A DNA stretch of 64,000 nt from Callorhinchus milii (lineage: Eukaryota): positions 62,374,001 through 62,438,000 of the forward strand of contig NW_024704743.1 of NCBI RefSeq assembly GCF_018977255.1, in the 5' to 3' direction. The notes beneath the pieces are model-generated. The model did no database searches and was not told where the DNA came from. It saw nothing but the letters and a program-made list of their open reading frames with translations. Both the position numbers and the translations under genes were made by a program. This document shows positions 36,711-49,043 of this stretch, in pieces (positions within the stretch are counted from its first letter, which is position 1; each line of letters opens with the position of its first letter).

Positions 36711-39700
36711 ATGCGCTTTTCATTTTAGGAGCGGAACCGCTGGGCTCCAGATGAAACAACTGTACGGATGTGGTGAAGGCCTGCAACTTAAACGATAATG
36801 GCCAAAAATTCCAAACAATAAATACAGATTATTTGTAGAATTAACACTATACACTACAACATGTGTCTATGCATTACATAACAAATTAAATAAGTAGGTT
36901 CTGAGGAACAACTGTAGAAAATAAAAAGTTTTTTCCCTACTGAAAACTCCCATTAAAATGTTAAAATAATGATATCTGTGGTAAGATTACACAAAAAATT
37001 CACATTAAACCTGCAAATTAGAGTTAGTGTTAAATTGTAAACTTTCACCTGTGTCGAGATTTGCTCTATTAATGTAACATTTCAGAGGGCATAGAACTTG
37101 GCAAATTCTTCCATACAGACTTTTAAAAAGTATAGAAAATCATCTACAAAATTAAATTGAATTTAACAGTTTGCAAAATTCTGGATAGTTTGAAATGGCA
37201 TGTTAATAGGGTAAATCTAGACTCAAGTGGAATTTTATCCCCAATAATCTGTATTAGAAGTATAAATTTTCTCCGTATTAAGCAATTTTACTCTGTCTGA
37301 ATTTTGTCAGTAATTCTTATAACATACAAACCAGTAAAAAATCTTTTATTAATAATTATTTTATTTGTTATCTAATTTTTACTTAGATTGAATGAGAAAC
37401 CATTGAATGGTAGTAAAATGTTAAATCTTATTTAGCATAAAAAGTCAGAGAGATAACATTTGGAACCTGGCATTATTCATTGTAAAACATTGGAAATTAG
37501 TTAAGTGGCCAGGATTCCTGAATTGTAAGAAATGCACCATTTGTAAGCATTACTGAAATTGTATCAGCCAGAGTCAATACACATACAGTAATAAGTACTT
37601 CACATTTCTAATGCAACAAATGAGGCAATAAAGTAATTAAAAAATGGAAATAGTCCATGAATACAGACGTGGATTATGGATTTCAAAGTGGTAATGGCTG
37701 AATGGCAAACTCAGAAAAGGCGAGTTTTCAGATGAGTGCAGCCAGTCTTGATGGACATGAGAATACAGTAATGATGTGAGATTTTTGATGGGGATTTTCC
37801 TCCACAAGTTGGAAAAGAGACACTAAATGTGGAACTACATGATGGGCAGCATCAATACCATCTCCGTCATTAAGAAGACCAGAGGTCAGAAACAACTCCG
37901 CAACTTAAAGACAAGCACAATTGTAAAGGAACACTGTTGCACAGTAAGTCATACTGTATATGTAAGGGTAAAAATACGTTTTAAATAATATACATTAAGA
38001 ACCTGTATTAGCAGAAACATGCTTAGCAATAATGTAAAGAGTGTAAATAACAAAGGTGTGCATATCACAATGATCATATTATAAATGACAGTGAATGTAC
38101 TGCAGTAGGAGTTTTACAGGCACAAAATCACTGTATCTCAATCCTGCTCATGAAACTGGCACCCAACCAGAGGGCAACAGGTGGTGGACCTTACACTCCA
38201 AACAACGGCTGCCAAATGAGGAAGTCACAGTCAAACGCTTCAGGAAGGAAACACCTTGGAAGGCATGGGAATGTGAGATGTGTAGAGAAATATATTATTT
38301 CTAAGACTAATATTATTCAGATGCATGAATTGCATAATATGACATAAGAATGTATGTATAAATACTGATTGTGCATAAGTTCATCAGAAGCCAAGTAATC
38401 ACAAGGTTGCAGTTGTATCAGCGAAGAATCAAAGTGTAATGCAGAACCCAAATGAATTTGCATTTTACTGTTAACATATCATCTGCTCTCTTCACAGACA
38501 GAACAAGGAGAATCCATTGAAGTGTCTCCTGCACTGCAGGAAAACCACATATCAAAGCACAAACTATCTCCATCCATTCTTAAAGCAAGTGCGGGTACAG
38601 ATACCTAAATTGTGGGAGGTTTTGATATTGCTAGAGAAGAACTGGATGAGACAAGTAGACAAAACTACAAGTGGCAGAAAGGGGGCAATGAATGAGCAGT
38701 TAGTAAAGGGCAGTAATGCTAGTAAAGAAACACGCTACTCCCCTAACTGATTTGGATAACAATATAAACCCGGTTTAGAACAGAGCATCATGCATCAAAA
38801 CTATGTTGCAGAGTACCTTACCTTCTATACAACACCATTAAAAAGTTTACTGGGTCATTTGGAGCAGTTTAACCCTCAAATATCTAGTGCCATGTCTAGT
38901 GGAACAGAGTATTAGTTGGCTTCACTGCAGTCTTCCATTAAGGACGCGGTAACAACAGTATCTGGAGTGGAGACCTCTTTACTCAGATCAGAGATATTAT
39001 AATAATAATAATAATCTTTACATTTGGTAGGATGCCTTTCACATCAAGTCTCAAAGCACTTCATATAACAACAACAACAACAAAAAATTGTATTTATATA
39101 GCATCCTTCATGCAGGTTAGTGTCCACTGTATGTTTTGTGGGCGAACGAGGCAGTCAATTTGCTCACAGCAGTGTCCCACAAACAACAACAACTTGTATT
39201 TATATAGCACCCTTCACGAATGGTAGCGTCCCAGAGCACAACAGTCATGAGGTGAACAGGATTATAACAGGAAGGGAGTTTCTCCCGTTATCTTGGACAA
39301 CAATCCTCCATATGAAATTGATCATTCAGTTAATGGCTTTTTGTGGGTGGTTTCTACGTTCACCTACAAAACACACAGTGATTGCACTTTACAGTAAAAT
39401 TCGGTGAATCGCTTTGAGCCCTCCTCCTGTGTGAAAGATATTATATAAAATGCAAGGATTATTATTATTATTAATACCTCGTCAATACTCTCTTGTGTTG
39501 CTATAGAAACATTGAGGACAAAACTGCAAGATGTAGTCAAGATCAAATTTAGCTTTTTGGAAAACAGTCGTGGGTAACCATGATAGAGTGATTTCAAAAG
39601 CAAACCCATCAGTAGGTATCTTCACAAGATGGCCTCCAGCACTGGAATGTGTGGAGTAGGATTTGGTTGACATTCATGTCAGTGAGATTTCTGTAACATC

Positions 39701-40699
39701 GCATAGCCTTACACCAGCGTGGGGAGCCATGGCCACGTGAAAATCAATGGTTCCAACATTGCAAAATGCCTTTCATTTGCAAATTCATTTGGAATGGCTA
39801 ACAGGTTCAATGTGTAAAGGGAATACACTGCAGTTGATTTGAAAGGATTTAAAGTCAATATTGACAGAAGCATACCAGTGGAGAATATACAACCAGAATG
39901 GGTAGTGACACTAAAGTAAGAATAAGCTGAGTCAAGTTACTTGGGATAATTAAACCAAATGGTAAGGGAATGTAGACCTTTCCTGTTTATTGCCAAATGC
40001 CTTATTTATATAAACCAAAGCTGTTATTGTTTTCATTATGATCGTTACTCCTATTTCATACTCCTTAATAGTGTTGACTCGTTTAACCACATGGGTTAAG
40101 GTCTCATAATTTTCCTGCAGTGTGATTTTATTGCTTGCTTAAAAATTGGCTAAAATTGTTAGAAAACTGACCTCCCATTGGCTGCTGTTTCTAGAAAGCT
40201 AAAGTCTCTTTAATCTTCATAGCTCCCCCACCCCCTTCCTTAACTTGTAGTCAGTCATTTTTCTCTTTTTTAACCTTTTAATGCCAGTAAATATCTTTTG
40301 TGGTGTGGTGACTAGGTTTATCAGATGAGGTTGGACCAATTTCCTGTAGAATCATAGCATAATTTCTCTAAACTTATATTCTACTGCTCACTCTTTACCC
40401 CCAACCTCACCAGGCTCCACTAGTTGCCAGTCTTTCAAGATCCTCACTCTGCCCTTCAAATCCATTCATGAACTTGATTCACCTTACCTTTGCAATCTCA
40501 GGCCATATTCTCCTGCCTATACGCTATATTCCGCCACCACTGGTCTATTGCTTGCTTTTCACTATCCTGCTGTCGGTGGTGGTACATTCATGCTGGTGAA
40601 CAGAAACAATTCTCATTTTTTTTGGCCCCAGTATCAGCAGGAAGCACTCCAAAGCATAGTTATAGTGCAAATTAGATCAACAATAAAGCTCTTTCTGCA

Positions 40700-40985
40700 C
40701 TTGGGTACAGGGTGCAATATATCCAACAACAAAGGAGAATTTGTTAGTCCATGAATGTACCATTTCATTTCCACTATACTCAACCTTATGGCCTCTCTGA
40801 GATTGTCATTTAAGTGCCAAATTGCAGGCAGTTTTGTGCTGTGGACTAACACCCACTGGGTACTGGCTTGGATCAGATCAAACCCATTTCACACAGGGTT
40901 GTTGTAGGCCATATCAGTCTCAGCTACATTTGACCAGGTCACAAGGTGAAAGGAGAACATGCTACCTTATTATGTCAGCTAGGCT
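40700..40985 (-). mobile_element. LF-SINE-like ancient SINE relic
   Basis: Minus-strand blocks CCTTTCACC..GGTCAAAT..CCTGTGTGAAATGGGTTTG..CCAGTACCCAGTGG..GTCCACAGCACAAAACTGCC..TTGGCACT..CTCAGAGAGGCCA appear in the order I recall for the LF-SINE consensus. Confidence 0.6.
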
Positions 40986-41124
40986 TCACAAAATACTTTA
41001 GACTGTTTAAAAAATTATAGTATTTTGTATTTTCAATATTGGATGAATTTAGAAGTAACTTGACGTCTTTCAATATCATGACACCATACTGCAGTTAATG
41101 TTAGTGGGATGAACTTTCTAGCTG

Positions 41125-41198
41125 AATTGAAAATGATGACTTTAAGGGGTGTTGAAATAATCTGATGTAAAATGCCATCCATTTCCTGATTCACAATT
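41125..41198 (+). ncRNA. SNORD123: Box C/D snoRNA, SNORD123-like, copy 1
   Basis: TGAA-AA-TGATGA (C box TGATGA 41134-41139) ... AAAATGCCATCCATTTC-CTGA (D box 41186-41189)-TTCA terminal stem. The 5' TGAAAATGATGA and 3' AAAATGCCATCCATTTCCTGATTCAC match human SNORD123 as I recall it. Confidence 0.85.
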
Positions 41199-42050
41199 TG
41201 CATCACCTTAAACCTCACATATATCTGCACATTTATCAGTCTGTAAATGACCCTTTGCTGATCACTTTATTTCCCTTTGTTTTTACTTCTGGATCCTGTC
41301 AACAGCCTTACAAACCTACAGCAAGATGACCATCCTACAAGACAAGAGTAAAATTAATTTGATGCCATGTGATCATCAAAGGTAGAATTTAATTCAATAT
41401 ATTTATAAACCGCATCTTTTACCAATATAGGCAATAAAATAATAAAATACTTATTTAAATAAATATACTGTGACTTTGTTGCAGGTTTTTAATTATGGAT
41501 ATTTTACACATTAATGAAAGATTTTCAAATCAATTATTTGATGTGTTCTTCAGGCCGTCTTATTTTTACATTTCTATCGGAAGTTCTCCCTGAAGTGCCA
41601 AATTTTAATAATGAAGCACTTGGAGAACAATTGAATCAAAGCCTTTTTATTGTAACTGTATATAAAATGCCTTTAGAAAAACAAAAGGTTTGCTGTGTTC
41701 ATTCAGCAATCCAAAATAGAATGTATAAATTTTGAGTATATTACAATCTTTATTTTTTACCTCACTGGGTATCAAGGGCAAGACATGAACATGGATTCAG
41801 AATTGGCTGAAGGGAAGGAAGCAGCGAGACTTTGTTAGGGAATCTAGGGCAAAATTGGGGAGGTATTAAGAAGTCTGTCCTGTCCTGTGACCTTATATAT
41901 ATTAATGACCTGGATTTGCAATTCTAGTCTTAACTTTTCAGAAGACACAAAGTTAGGGAAAACTGGAATGAGAGGAGGCAGCAAAGTTCATACAAAGTGA
42001 TCTTGAGAGGGTATTCACAAGCATTGATCACTGGCAATGATGTTTAATAC

Positions 42051-43337
42051 AACAACAACAATAAAAACAAAATTACATTTGTATAGCGCCTTTCGCATCG
42101 GAAAGACGTCCCAAGGCGCTGGACAGACAGAGTTGCGGACCCGAGCTGCGGGTCGGGTGGGGGAGGGTGGAGGGCAGGGGGGAACAACAACAAGATTACA
42201 TTTGTATAGCGCCTTTCACGTCAGGAGGACGTCCCAAGATGCTGGACAGTGTACAGCATTTCAGACCCGAGCTGGGATCAAGGGGGGAGAAGAGAGGGGA
42301 GAGGAAAGGGGGGTGGCCGATGGCATGGTCAAAGAGGAGGGTCTTGAGGCGGGACTTGAAGAGGCTAAGGAGGGGGTGAGGCGGAGTGATTGGGGGATGG
42401 AATTCCAGAGGTTGGGGGTAGAGTGGCTGAAGGCTCTCCCACCAATGGTGGGGCGGGTGGGTCGGGGGACGTGGAGCAGGCCAGAGCCGACTGAGCGGAG
42501 GGAGCGGGCGGGTTGGTAGGGGGTTAGGAGGTCACAGAGGTAGGGTGGGGCAAGGCCATGGAGGGCTTTGTAGGTGAGGACCAGGATCTTGAACTGGATC
42601 CTCTGAAGGATAGGGAGCCAGTGGAGTCAGATGAGAATGGGGGAGATGGGATCACGGAGTTTGGTGCGGGAGAGGACACGGGCTGCAGAGTTCTGGATTA
42701 TCTGCAGCCTGTGGAGGGAGGAGTTGGGAAGGCCGACAAGCAGGGCATTTGCATAGTCGAGCCTGGAGGTGATGAAGGCATGAATAAGAGTATCAGCAGC
42801 TGAGCAGGGAGATCAAAAGCACGGTCGAAAAGGAGTGTCTTGAGGTGGGTCTTGAAGGTGGTGAGGGAGGGGGTGAGGCGGAGGGATGGAGTTCCAGAGA
42901 GTGGGGGCAGAGTAGTGGAAGGCCTGGCCACCAATAGTGTGGCGAGCAAGGCGGGGGACGTGAAGCAGGCCTACTGAGTGGAGGGAGCAAACAGGATGGT
43001 AGGGGGTTAGGAGGTCAGAGAGGTAGGGGAGAGCAAGACCGTGGAGGGCTTTGAAGATGGGGACCAGGATCTTGAACTGTATCTGTGTGATGGGAAGCCA
43101 GTGGAGTTGGGCGAGGATGGGAGTGATAGGGCCGCAGAGCCTAGTACGGGAGAGGACAAGGGCTGCAGAGTTCTCGATGCTCTGCAGCCTGTGGAGGGAG
43201 GAGTTGGGGAGGCCGACAAGCAGGGCGTTTTCATAGTTAAGTCTCAGTGTAGTGAAAGCATGTATAAGAGTTTCGGTGGCCTGTGGTCTGAGACAGTGTC
43301 GGAGCCGGGCGACGTTGCGGAGGTGAGGGAAGGCAGA
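42051..43337 (-). mobile_element. Stack of three head-to-tail L2 3' fragments (about 42051-42181, 42182-42795, 42796-43337)
   Basis: Two (AAC)n tails and repeated ORF2 C-terminal sequence; translation HLRNVARLRHCL..ETLIHAF..LHRLQSIENSAALVL..ITPILAQLHWLPI..FKILV..KALHGLA.PYLSDLL. Confidence 0.92.
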
Positions 43338-43645
43338 TAAATGCAAGGTTCTCCAAGTACTCATTGGATGGGATGCAAGTTGGCAAGGCAGAAGCTGAAG
43401 ATATCTAGGCATGTTAATTGATTGATCATTAGTTGACTGACTGACAACAGTGTGAGACAGTAAAAAATAAGGCAAACAGGATGCTGGCCTATGTTGCCAA
43501 ATCAATTGAGTATAGATCCATAGATGTCAGACTCAAGCTATACAGTGCTCTAGTCAGGCCAAACCTACACTACTTAATACAGTCTAGCTGGCTGCCATGA
43601 CATAAGGTGGTTGCCCAGGCCATAAAGATAGTGCAGAGGAGAACT

Positions 43646-43957
43646 ATAATAATAATAATAATCCTTGCTTTTGATATAGCATCTTATCACATCTTCAAGA
43701 TGTCTCAAAGCGCTTCACAGAATATATTGTAAACTGAATTGATTATATATTTTGTGGGCGAAATGTGGCAGCAATTGTGCACAGCTGTGTCCCACAAATA
43801 GTCATGGATTGAGTGACCAAATTATTTTTTTTAAAAGGAATTATTACCTCCGGAAAAGCGATCCGCCAATTGACTAACAAACAGGTTCCTACTTACTGCT
43901 AGGTAAACAGAGGCATGTGGAGTAAGGAAACTTGCCCAACATTTTGCCCTGCCTGGA
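43646..43957 (-). mobile_element. tRNA-derived SINE, long subfamily, inserted in CR1
   Basis: (TAA)n tail to TTTGCCCTGCCTGGAA; CR1 sequence continues on both sides. Confidence 0.9.
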
Positions 43958-44453
43958 AGATGACCCTCAATGCTAGAGGAATGAGCAATGAGCAACAATC
44001 AGAAAAGCTATAGGGCTTTTCAATCTTGAAAGGAGACCTCACAGAGAGTACCTTATAGAGGCATATAAAATTTTAAATAAGATTGAAAAGGTAAACCCAG
44101 ATCAATACTTTAGGATGTACCAAGGCAGTAGAACCAAAGTAGGCTTAGAGATGCAAAGGGCAATTTCAGGCCATACACCAGGAAGTATTTCTTTACCTAG
44201 AGGGTAATTAATAACTGAAACAGGTTGTCAGGAAGGATGATTGAGGCCAGAACATGGGCCTCATTTAAAAACAGCTTGAGGCTGTGATGGGAAGCTGGTA
44301 TTGTGGGTGTTCTTCAAGAATTAAATTAAATGGGCCAAAAGGTGGTCATCCAAACTAATCTTGTGATCATTTAATCTGGTGAATATCAACAGAATGAACC
44401 TTTTTTTGTGGCTTTTGGGAGGAGTAGTGTTAATGGATTGAACTTTCTTTCTC

Positions 44454-44526
44454 TTTGTGAACTTGATGACTTAAAGGGGGCTGAAATAATCTGATGAAAA
44501 ATGCCATCCATTTCCTGATTCACAAA
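44454..44526 (+). ncRNA. SNORD123: Box C/D snoRNA, SNORD123-like, copy 2
   Basis: Perfect 8-bp terminal stem TTTGTGAA/TTCACAAA in k-turn spacing; C TGATGA 44464-44469, D' CTGA 44481-44484, C' TGATGA 44492-44497, D CTGA 44515-44518; guide TGCCATCCATTT identical to copy 1. Confidence 0.88.
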
Positions 44527-47419
44527 CTGAAGTCTCAAACCTCACATATTTCCTCACCTTTATCAGTCTGAAAATTGGCAGTCACTGATCATTCTTATTT
44601 CCCATTTGTTTTTACATCTGGATCCTGTCAACGGCTTTAGAAACCTACGGCAAGGTGAACATCCCACAAGACAAGAGTGAAATTGACTCACGGCCTCAAC
44701 ATCAGTGTGAGATTATAGAAGATACTGTATTGATATTGAATAAACGTATCCTGAAAACAATTGACTTTCAGTTTCATGGTTTGTTTTTTAATCAAGGACA
44801 CAGTGTGTGGTAGCAAAAAAGCTCTGTTTTGGTTGTGATCTAAAAATGTGTCACTGCAGTGAATTCCAGTTCATATTTTGGATATGAAAATGATTCACAA
44901 TTGATTTCTGGGGAGAAATTGTACCTGGGTCTAGATTTACTCTATTTATTTGGTATTTTAGAGAACAGATTTGGCAAATTGTTGAACTTAGTCTTAACTT
45001 TGAAGTCGCTTTTCTGTAATTCTGAAAATAACTTACAATTCTTGTCACTTGGCAATAATTATCACATTGAACAATTATAAACCCTGTAAATTTATCTACA
45101 ATATTTCTTAATCCCAATTTCAAATGAGTATCCCCTGCATTATTATTACATTTCCATTCAATAGCCAACTCACCACAAGATAACGCAAATGTGAAATCCG
45201 CTCAAAGTTGTCCAATCAGTTTATTGTGCAGAGGAGCAGTAGATAGGAGCACTGGCTGTTGCAGATATTGTGGTTATCGTGTAAATATAGAACACTTTTA
45301 ACAATGAGGAGGCAGAAATTGATAACAATTCTCTGACCAATTCAGGACACAGAGCAGAACAATTGTACAAGTACATTTGATAGCTTCCCAAATTGAATGA
45401 CAAAGTTATGCTTTGCTGTTTGAGTCTTGGAATTAAGTCCATTGGCCTACTTTAGCTGTAATTCAAAACTGTCATAAATCAATACTTCATTACATACCTG
45501 GAAAGAATGTAATTCATCATACTAAAACATATCGTAGTTTCTATTTTTTTAGAACCAGTCATCTTAAATGACACAAGGCGATTTTACAGACTCGTCGATA
45601 AAGATTGTTTCTGTTTCATGGAGTAACGTTGTTTGACAGTGTTTATTTAAAACAAAGGCAAAGTTATAAGAAGCCTGAGATGAATCTGGAAAATGTATAT
45701 GTTTCACATCTGATAGGCTTCAGTTTGGACATGTGAGGGGCCAGGGCTGCAACGTGAGCTGGGTTGAGTACTGAAGATAGAGCTGCAACTTATAGAACAC
45801 ACTGCAATAAACCAATGCTTAATGTTTGCCTCAGGTACTGACAAAAATTGACAAAAGTAATCAATTTACAGCAAATAAATAAATCTCTCTAACTCCTCTC
45901 AGCACTCTCCTGCTACACAGCTGTCTAATTGCTTTCTGAGCAGATAATATAGTCACTTCACCAGCCCAATTTAACTGCTTCTAACAGAAAGCTCAAATAT
46001 GACATTCTCCATAGAAAGTTAAACAGTCTGACAGGCCTGTTTTGACTTTCCCACACTCCCATGTGGTCAAAATGGATAGCTTGAAGGAGTCCTTTCAATG
46101 CAAAGTGCTGTGTGAAAAAGATAGCTTTAAAAACGTATCTCATGTCGGAGGCAACATGGTGGGACTGAGCAGCAGTTGCATATACTAACTACTGAGTCAC
46201 AGTGTCTCCTGCCAGTAACCAGCAGTATGGCACATCAACCAACAGGAACTCCTCTACAATGCAATATACAGTACTTCCAGGAGGAGGAACTATTTGGTAC
46301 ACGTTTTGCTAATATTGTGTTAGATTCCCATATATTATTGGGTTGTGAATTTCACCTTCTTACCTATTGCTACAATTTTCTCCTGGCACTAGGGAGCAGC
46401 TCTGTTGTGTCAAGGAGTTGTTCTGTAAGGAATCATTGAAATCAGCACATTGGAACTGGAGTTCAGGAGTAAACTTCCGCAGGTTGTAACATCTGGTCCC
46501 AAATGCTATTTTTCAGCTTTCCCTGAGGATCCACCTGGTGATTTGTCTATAAATGGGTACAAAAGTATTCCCCTTTTACCATGTACTATCCATCATGTTG
46601 AAGGTCTACCATATTTTGCTCTGAGTAAAACAAACTTTATGTTGGCATGGTGCCCAAAACTTTAAAAGAATCTCAGAAAACAAGTTTTAGGCCATGTTAT
46701 TTTCCAACAATGTTTTTATCACACAGTCAGTGGAGACCTTCACGTATGCTATTGGTCTCTCCATGTTTGAAGGATAGGTCTGGATTTATTTACGGTGAAC
46801 ATTAATCTTTTAAATTAAACCCAATGGGACAATCCAATGTAGTTTTAATGAAAAAAATCTTGCAAGTTTAGTTTTTGCCGTTTCATTGGCTATCCAAAAC
46901 GGCATTGACAGCAGTGTACAATGCCAACGACAGAAAACTGAGAATCTACATTTTATAGAACCTTAAAGTGATTCACAGATAATTACTGTCAAATGTATTA
47001 CTGTCAAATGTATAGCAATGGTCTTGGAGTGCTGGTGTCACACTTACAGCAAGGTTGCACAGACAGCCATGACGTGAATGACCATTTTATCAGGAGAATT
47101 TATTTGAACTAACCTCCTTGGAGGAGAGAGGTAAACAGGGTTTCATTGGGGGTGAGCTAGATCCAAGGTGATGTGTCTGTCAACAGAATATTGGAACCAA
47201 GTTGCTGTGAGCAGTAATTGGTATCCCAAATCCTATCCACTCTTTTGCTAAGATTTCCACTCTACCTTCATCAACTTCCTTCAATTCACACTTCCTCAAT
47301 CGATGTAAGTTCATTCCTTTCAGGGAAATGACTGAATCAACAAATCTTTATCTTCTTCATGTCTTTTATGGCACAATGATAATCTTAGTTTCTGTTTGTA
47401 TTTCACAACTTTAACCAAC

Positions 47420-47710
47420 ACCTAGTATAAGATGGACTTGAGCAGATTTAAAGGGTAGTTAGGAGGGAATGCTTTTCGCAGAGGGAGGTGGAAGGAGGTG
47501 GAACTTAGTGCCAGAAGTTGTGATTGAAGAAGAAAGCATCATTGTATTTAACAAGAAACTTGATGTATACATGAAGGACAGGAGAATAGAGTCACGTAGG
47601 AGAGAAGGTTAGGATGGATGAGTGGGCTCATGTGGAGTATGAACACCAGCACGGAGTAGTTGGGCCAAATTGCCTGTTTCTGTGCTGAAACATTCTATGT
47701 AATTCTATGT
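47420..47710 (+). mobile_element. CR1 3' UTR fragment
   Basis: Ends GGGCCAAATTGCCTGTTTCTGTGCTG..ATTCTATGTAATTCTATGT. Confidence 0.75.
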
Positions 47711-49043
47711 AACTATTACTTGCTTACCTTTAATGCCTCCTCTCTTACTACTGTATCTGATCCTCTTACGACTAAAAGGAACACTAGAGTTACATTGCAT
47801 GTCAAAGACAGTAAACAGCAAATTGTTAAGCTATTGGTGAAGTGAGTGGTTGAATGTTCTTCAACTTGTCTGTCAGCCAGGTCATTTATATAACAATGAA
47901 GGGTGAAGAAACGTTCCCATAATTGGATGTCTTACTTTTAGTAATGTATTACTAAATGTACTAATGTACTACTTACTGGCACCTTAGGGACAGCTTTACT
48001 GCAGTGGTGCAAGCCCTGTGGGACTGGATACTGCAGTTACCACTCACCAGAATGCAGTGTGACAGGATTAATAGCAAGTAAAATAAAGCAAATCTTTGTC
48101 GTATAAGAACTTAAAAATAAATGTTTTGTCCAAATATGTTTTTTCCAGCTTCTACAGTTTTAATTGTTCAGCAATTATGGCTGTTTTTTTATATATATAT
48201 ATATATAAATCTTGAATTCTAATATTTTTTTAGCTTAAAAATTAATGTTTTTACAGATAAGGTCCGTTAGAGATGTAAACATTAAACTATAAGTCTAAGA
48301 GACAGGAACAAGAGTTTATTTCTTACTGGATAATTTACGACACTCGCAAACTCCTACAATTGTCACAGCAATTTAAGCAGAAAATATATCATAACCATTA
48401 ACCATCACACATCTGAAATGATTTATTGTGCAAGAAAAAGAAAGGTTGTTTCCCAAGTACATTAAGGTGAGTTATTATTGCCCAAGGTATTAGAAACATT
48501 GATTTTGCATTAAAGGAAGAATACCATAAATGTGGTTCATAAAAAGTGGCCATTAAAATCTGAAGCTATATCCTTAATTCTCCTGCATAGACGTCCTGTG
48601 ATGAAGTGAAGTCATTCAACTGCAGATACTCTGTTTGCTGAAAACTAGCAGTTCTTCAGAAAGCACAGGAGACTGTGTTGGTGGCAGAATTTAAATAACA
48701 GTTTAAAATAAACAGAAATGTGATTAAGGAAGATGCAAGGATCAATTTTAAACAGATAGAAATGTCATTAAAGAAGAGCAGACCTGTATAAAACTGGTGA
48801 CATCAATATGTTTTGTGCATTGGGCCACAATCCAGGAAAGCTAGATTTAGAAAGAGAACACAATAGCTAATAATTTACATTTTTTTAAAGAGAATTGTTT
48901 CTCTTTCAACAGTCTCACAGCTGATTCCATAAACCAGCTTTCTCATCCCCTGGAGCCCCGTGACATGTCAACGTCCGATCTTGCAAACTACTCAAAACCC
49001 TGGGCGAACAACGAACACTGGAAGTATACATACTACATCCATT

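Larger units (their letters stand above)
41765..44370 (+). mobile_element. Old CR1 LINE (RT region to 3' end) interrupted by an L2 stack and a SINE
   Basis: YINDLD-like TATATTAATGACCTGGAT and F.DDTKL-like GAAGACACAAAGTTAGG; joining 42050 to 43335 restores ATGTTTAATACAGATAAATGCAAGGTT = MFNTDKCKV; then ANRML, LYSALVRP and VQRR motifs. Confidence 0.82.

Noticed and set aside
41033..41230. Duplicated unit as a minus-strand coding exon or a miRNA
   Set aside because: The frame is not preserved between copies and stops are frequent; no recognisable miRNA; the plus-strand C/D architecture explains the conservation better
42813..43505. 230-aa ORF as a host gene (likewise 61157..61765 and 19278..19643)
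   Set aside because: These are L2 or CR1 ORF2 C-terminal remnants, 5'-truncated and frameshifted
48255..48467. Plus-strand exon candidate (TTTTTACAG|...AAG|GTGAGT) of the putative host lncRNA
   Set aside because: Only generic splice motifs; cannot be supported without transcript data
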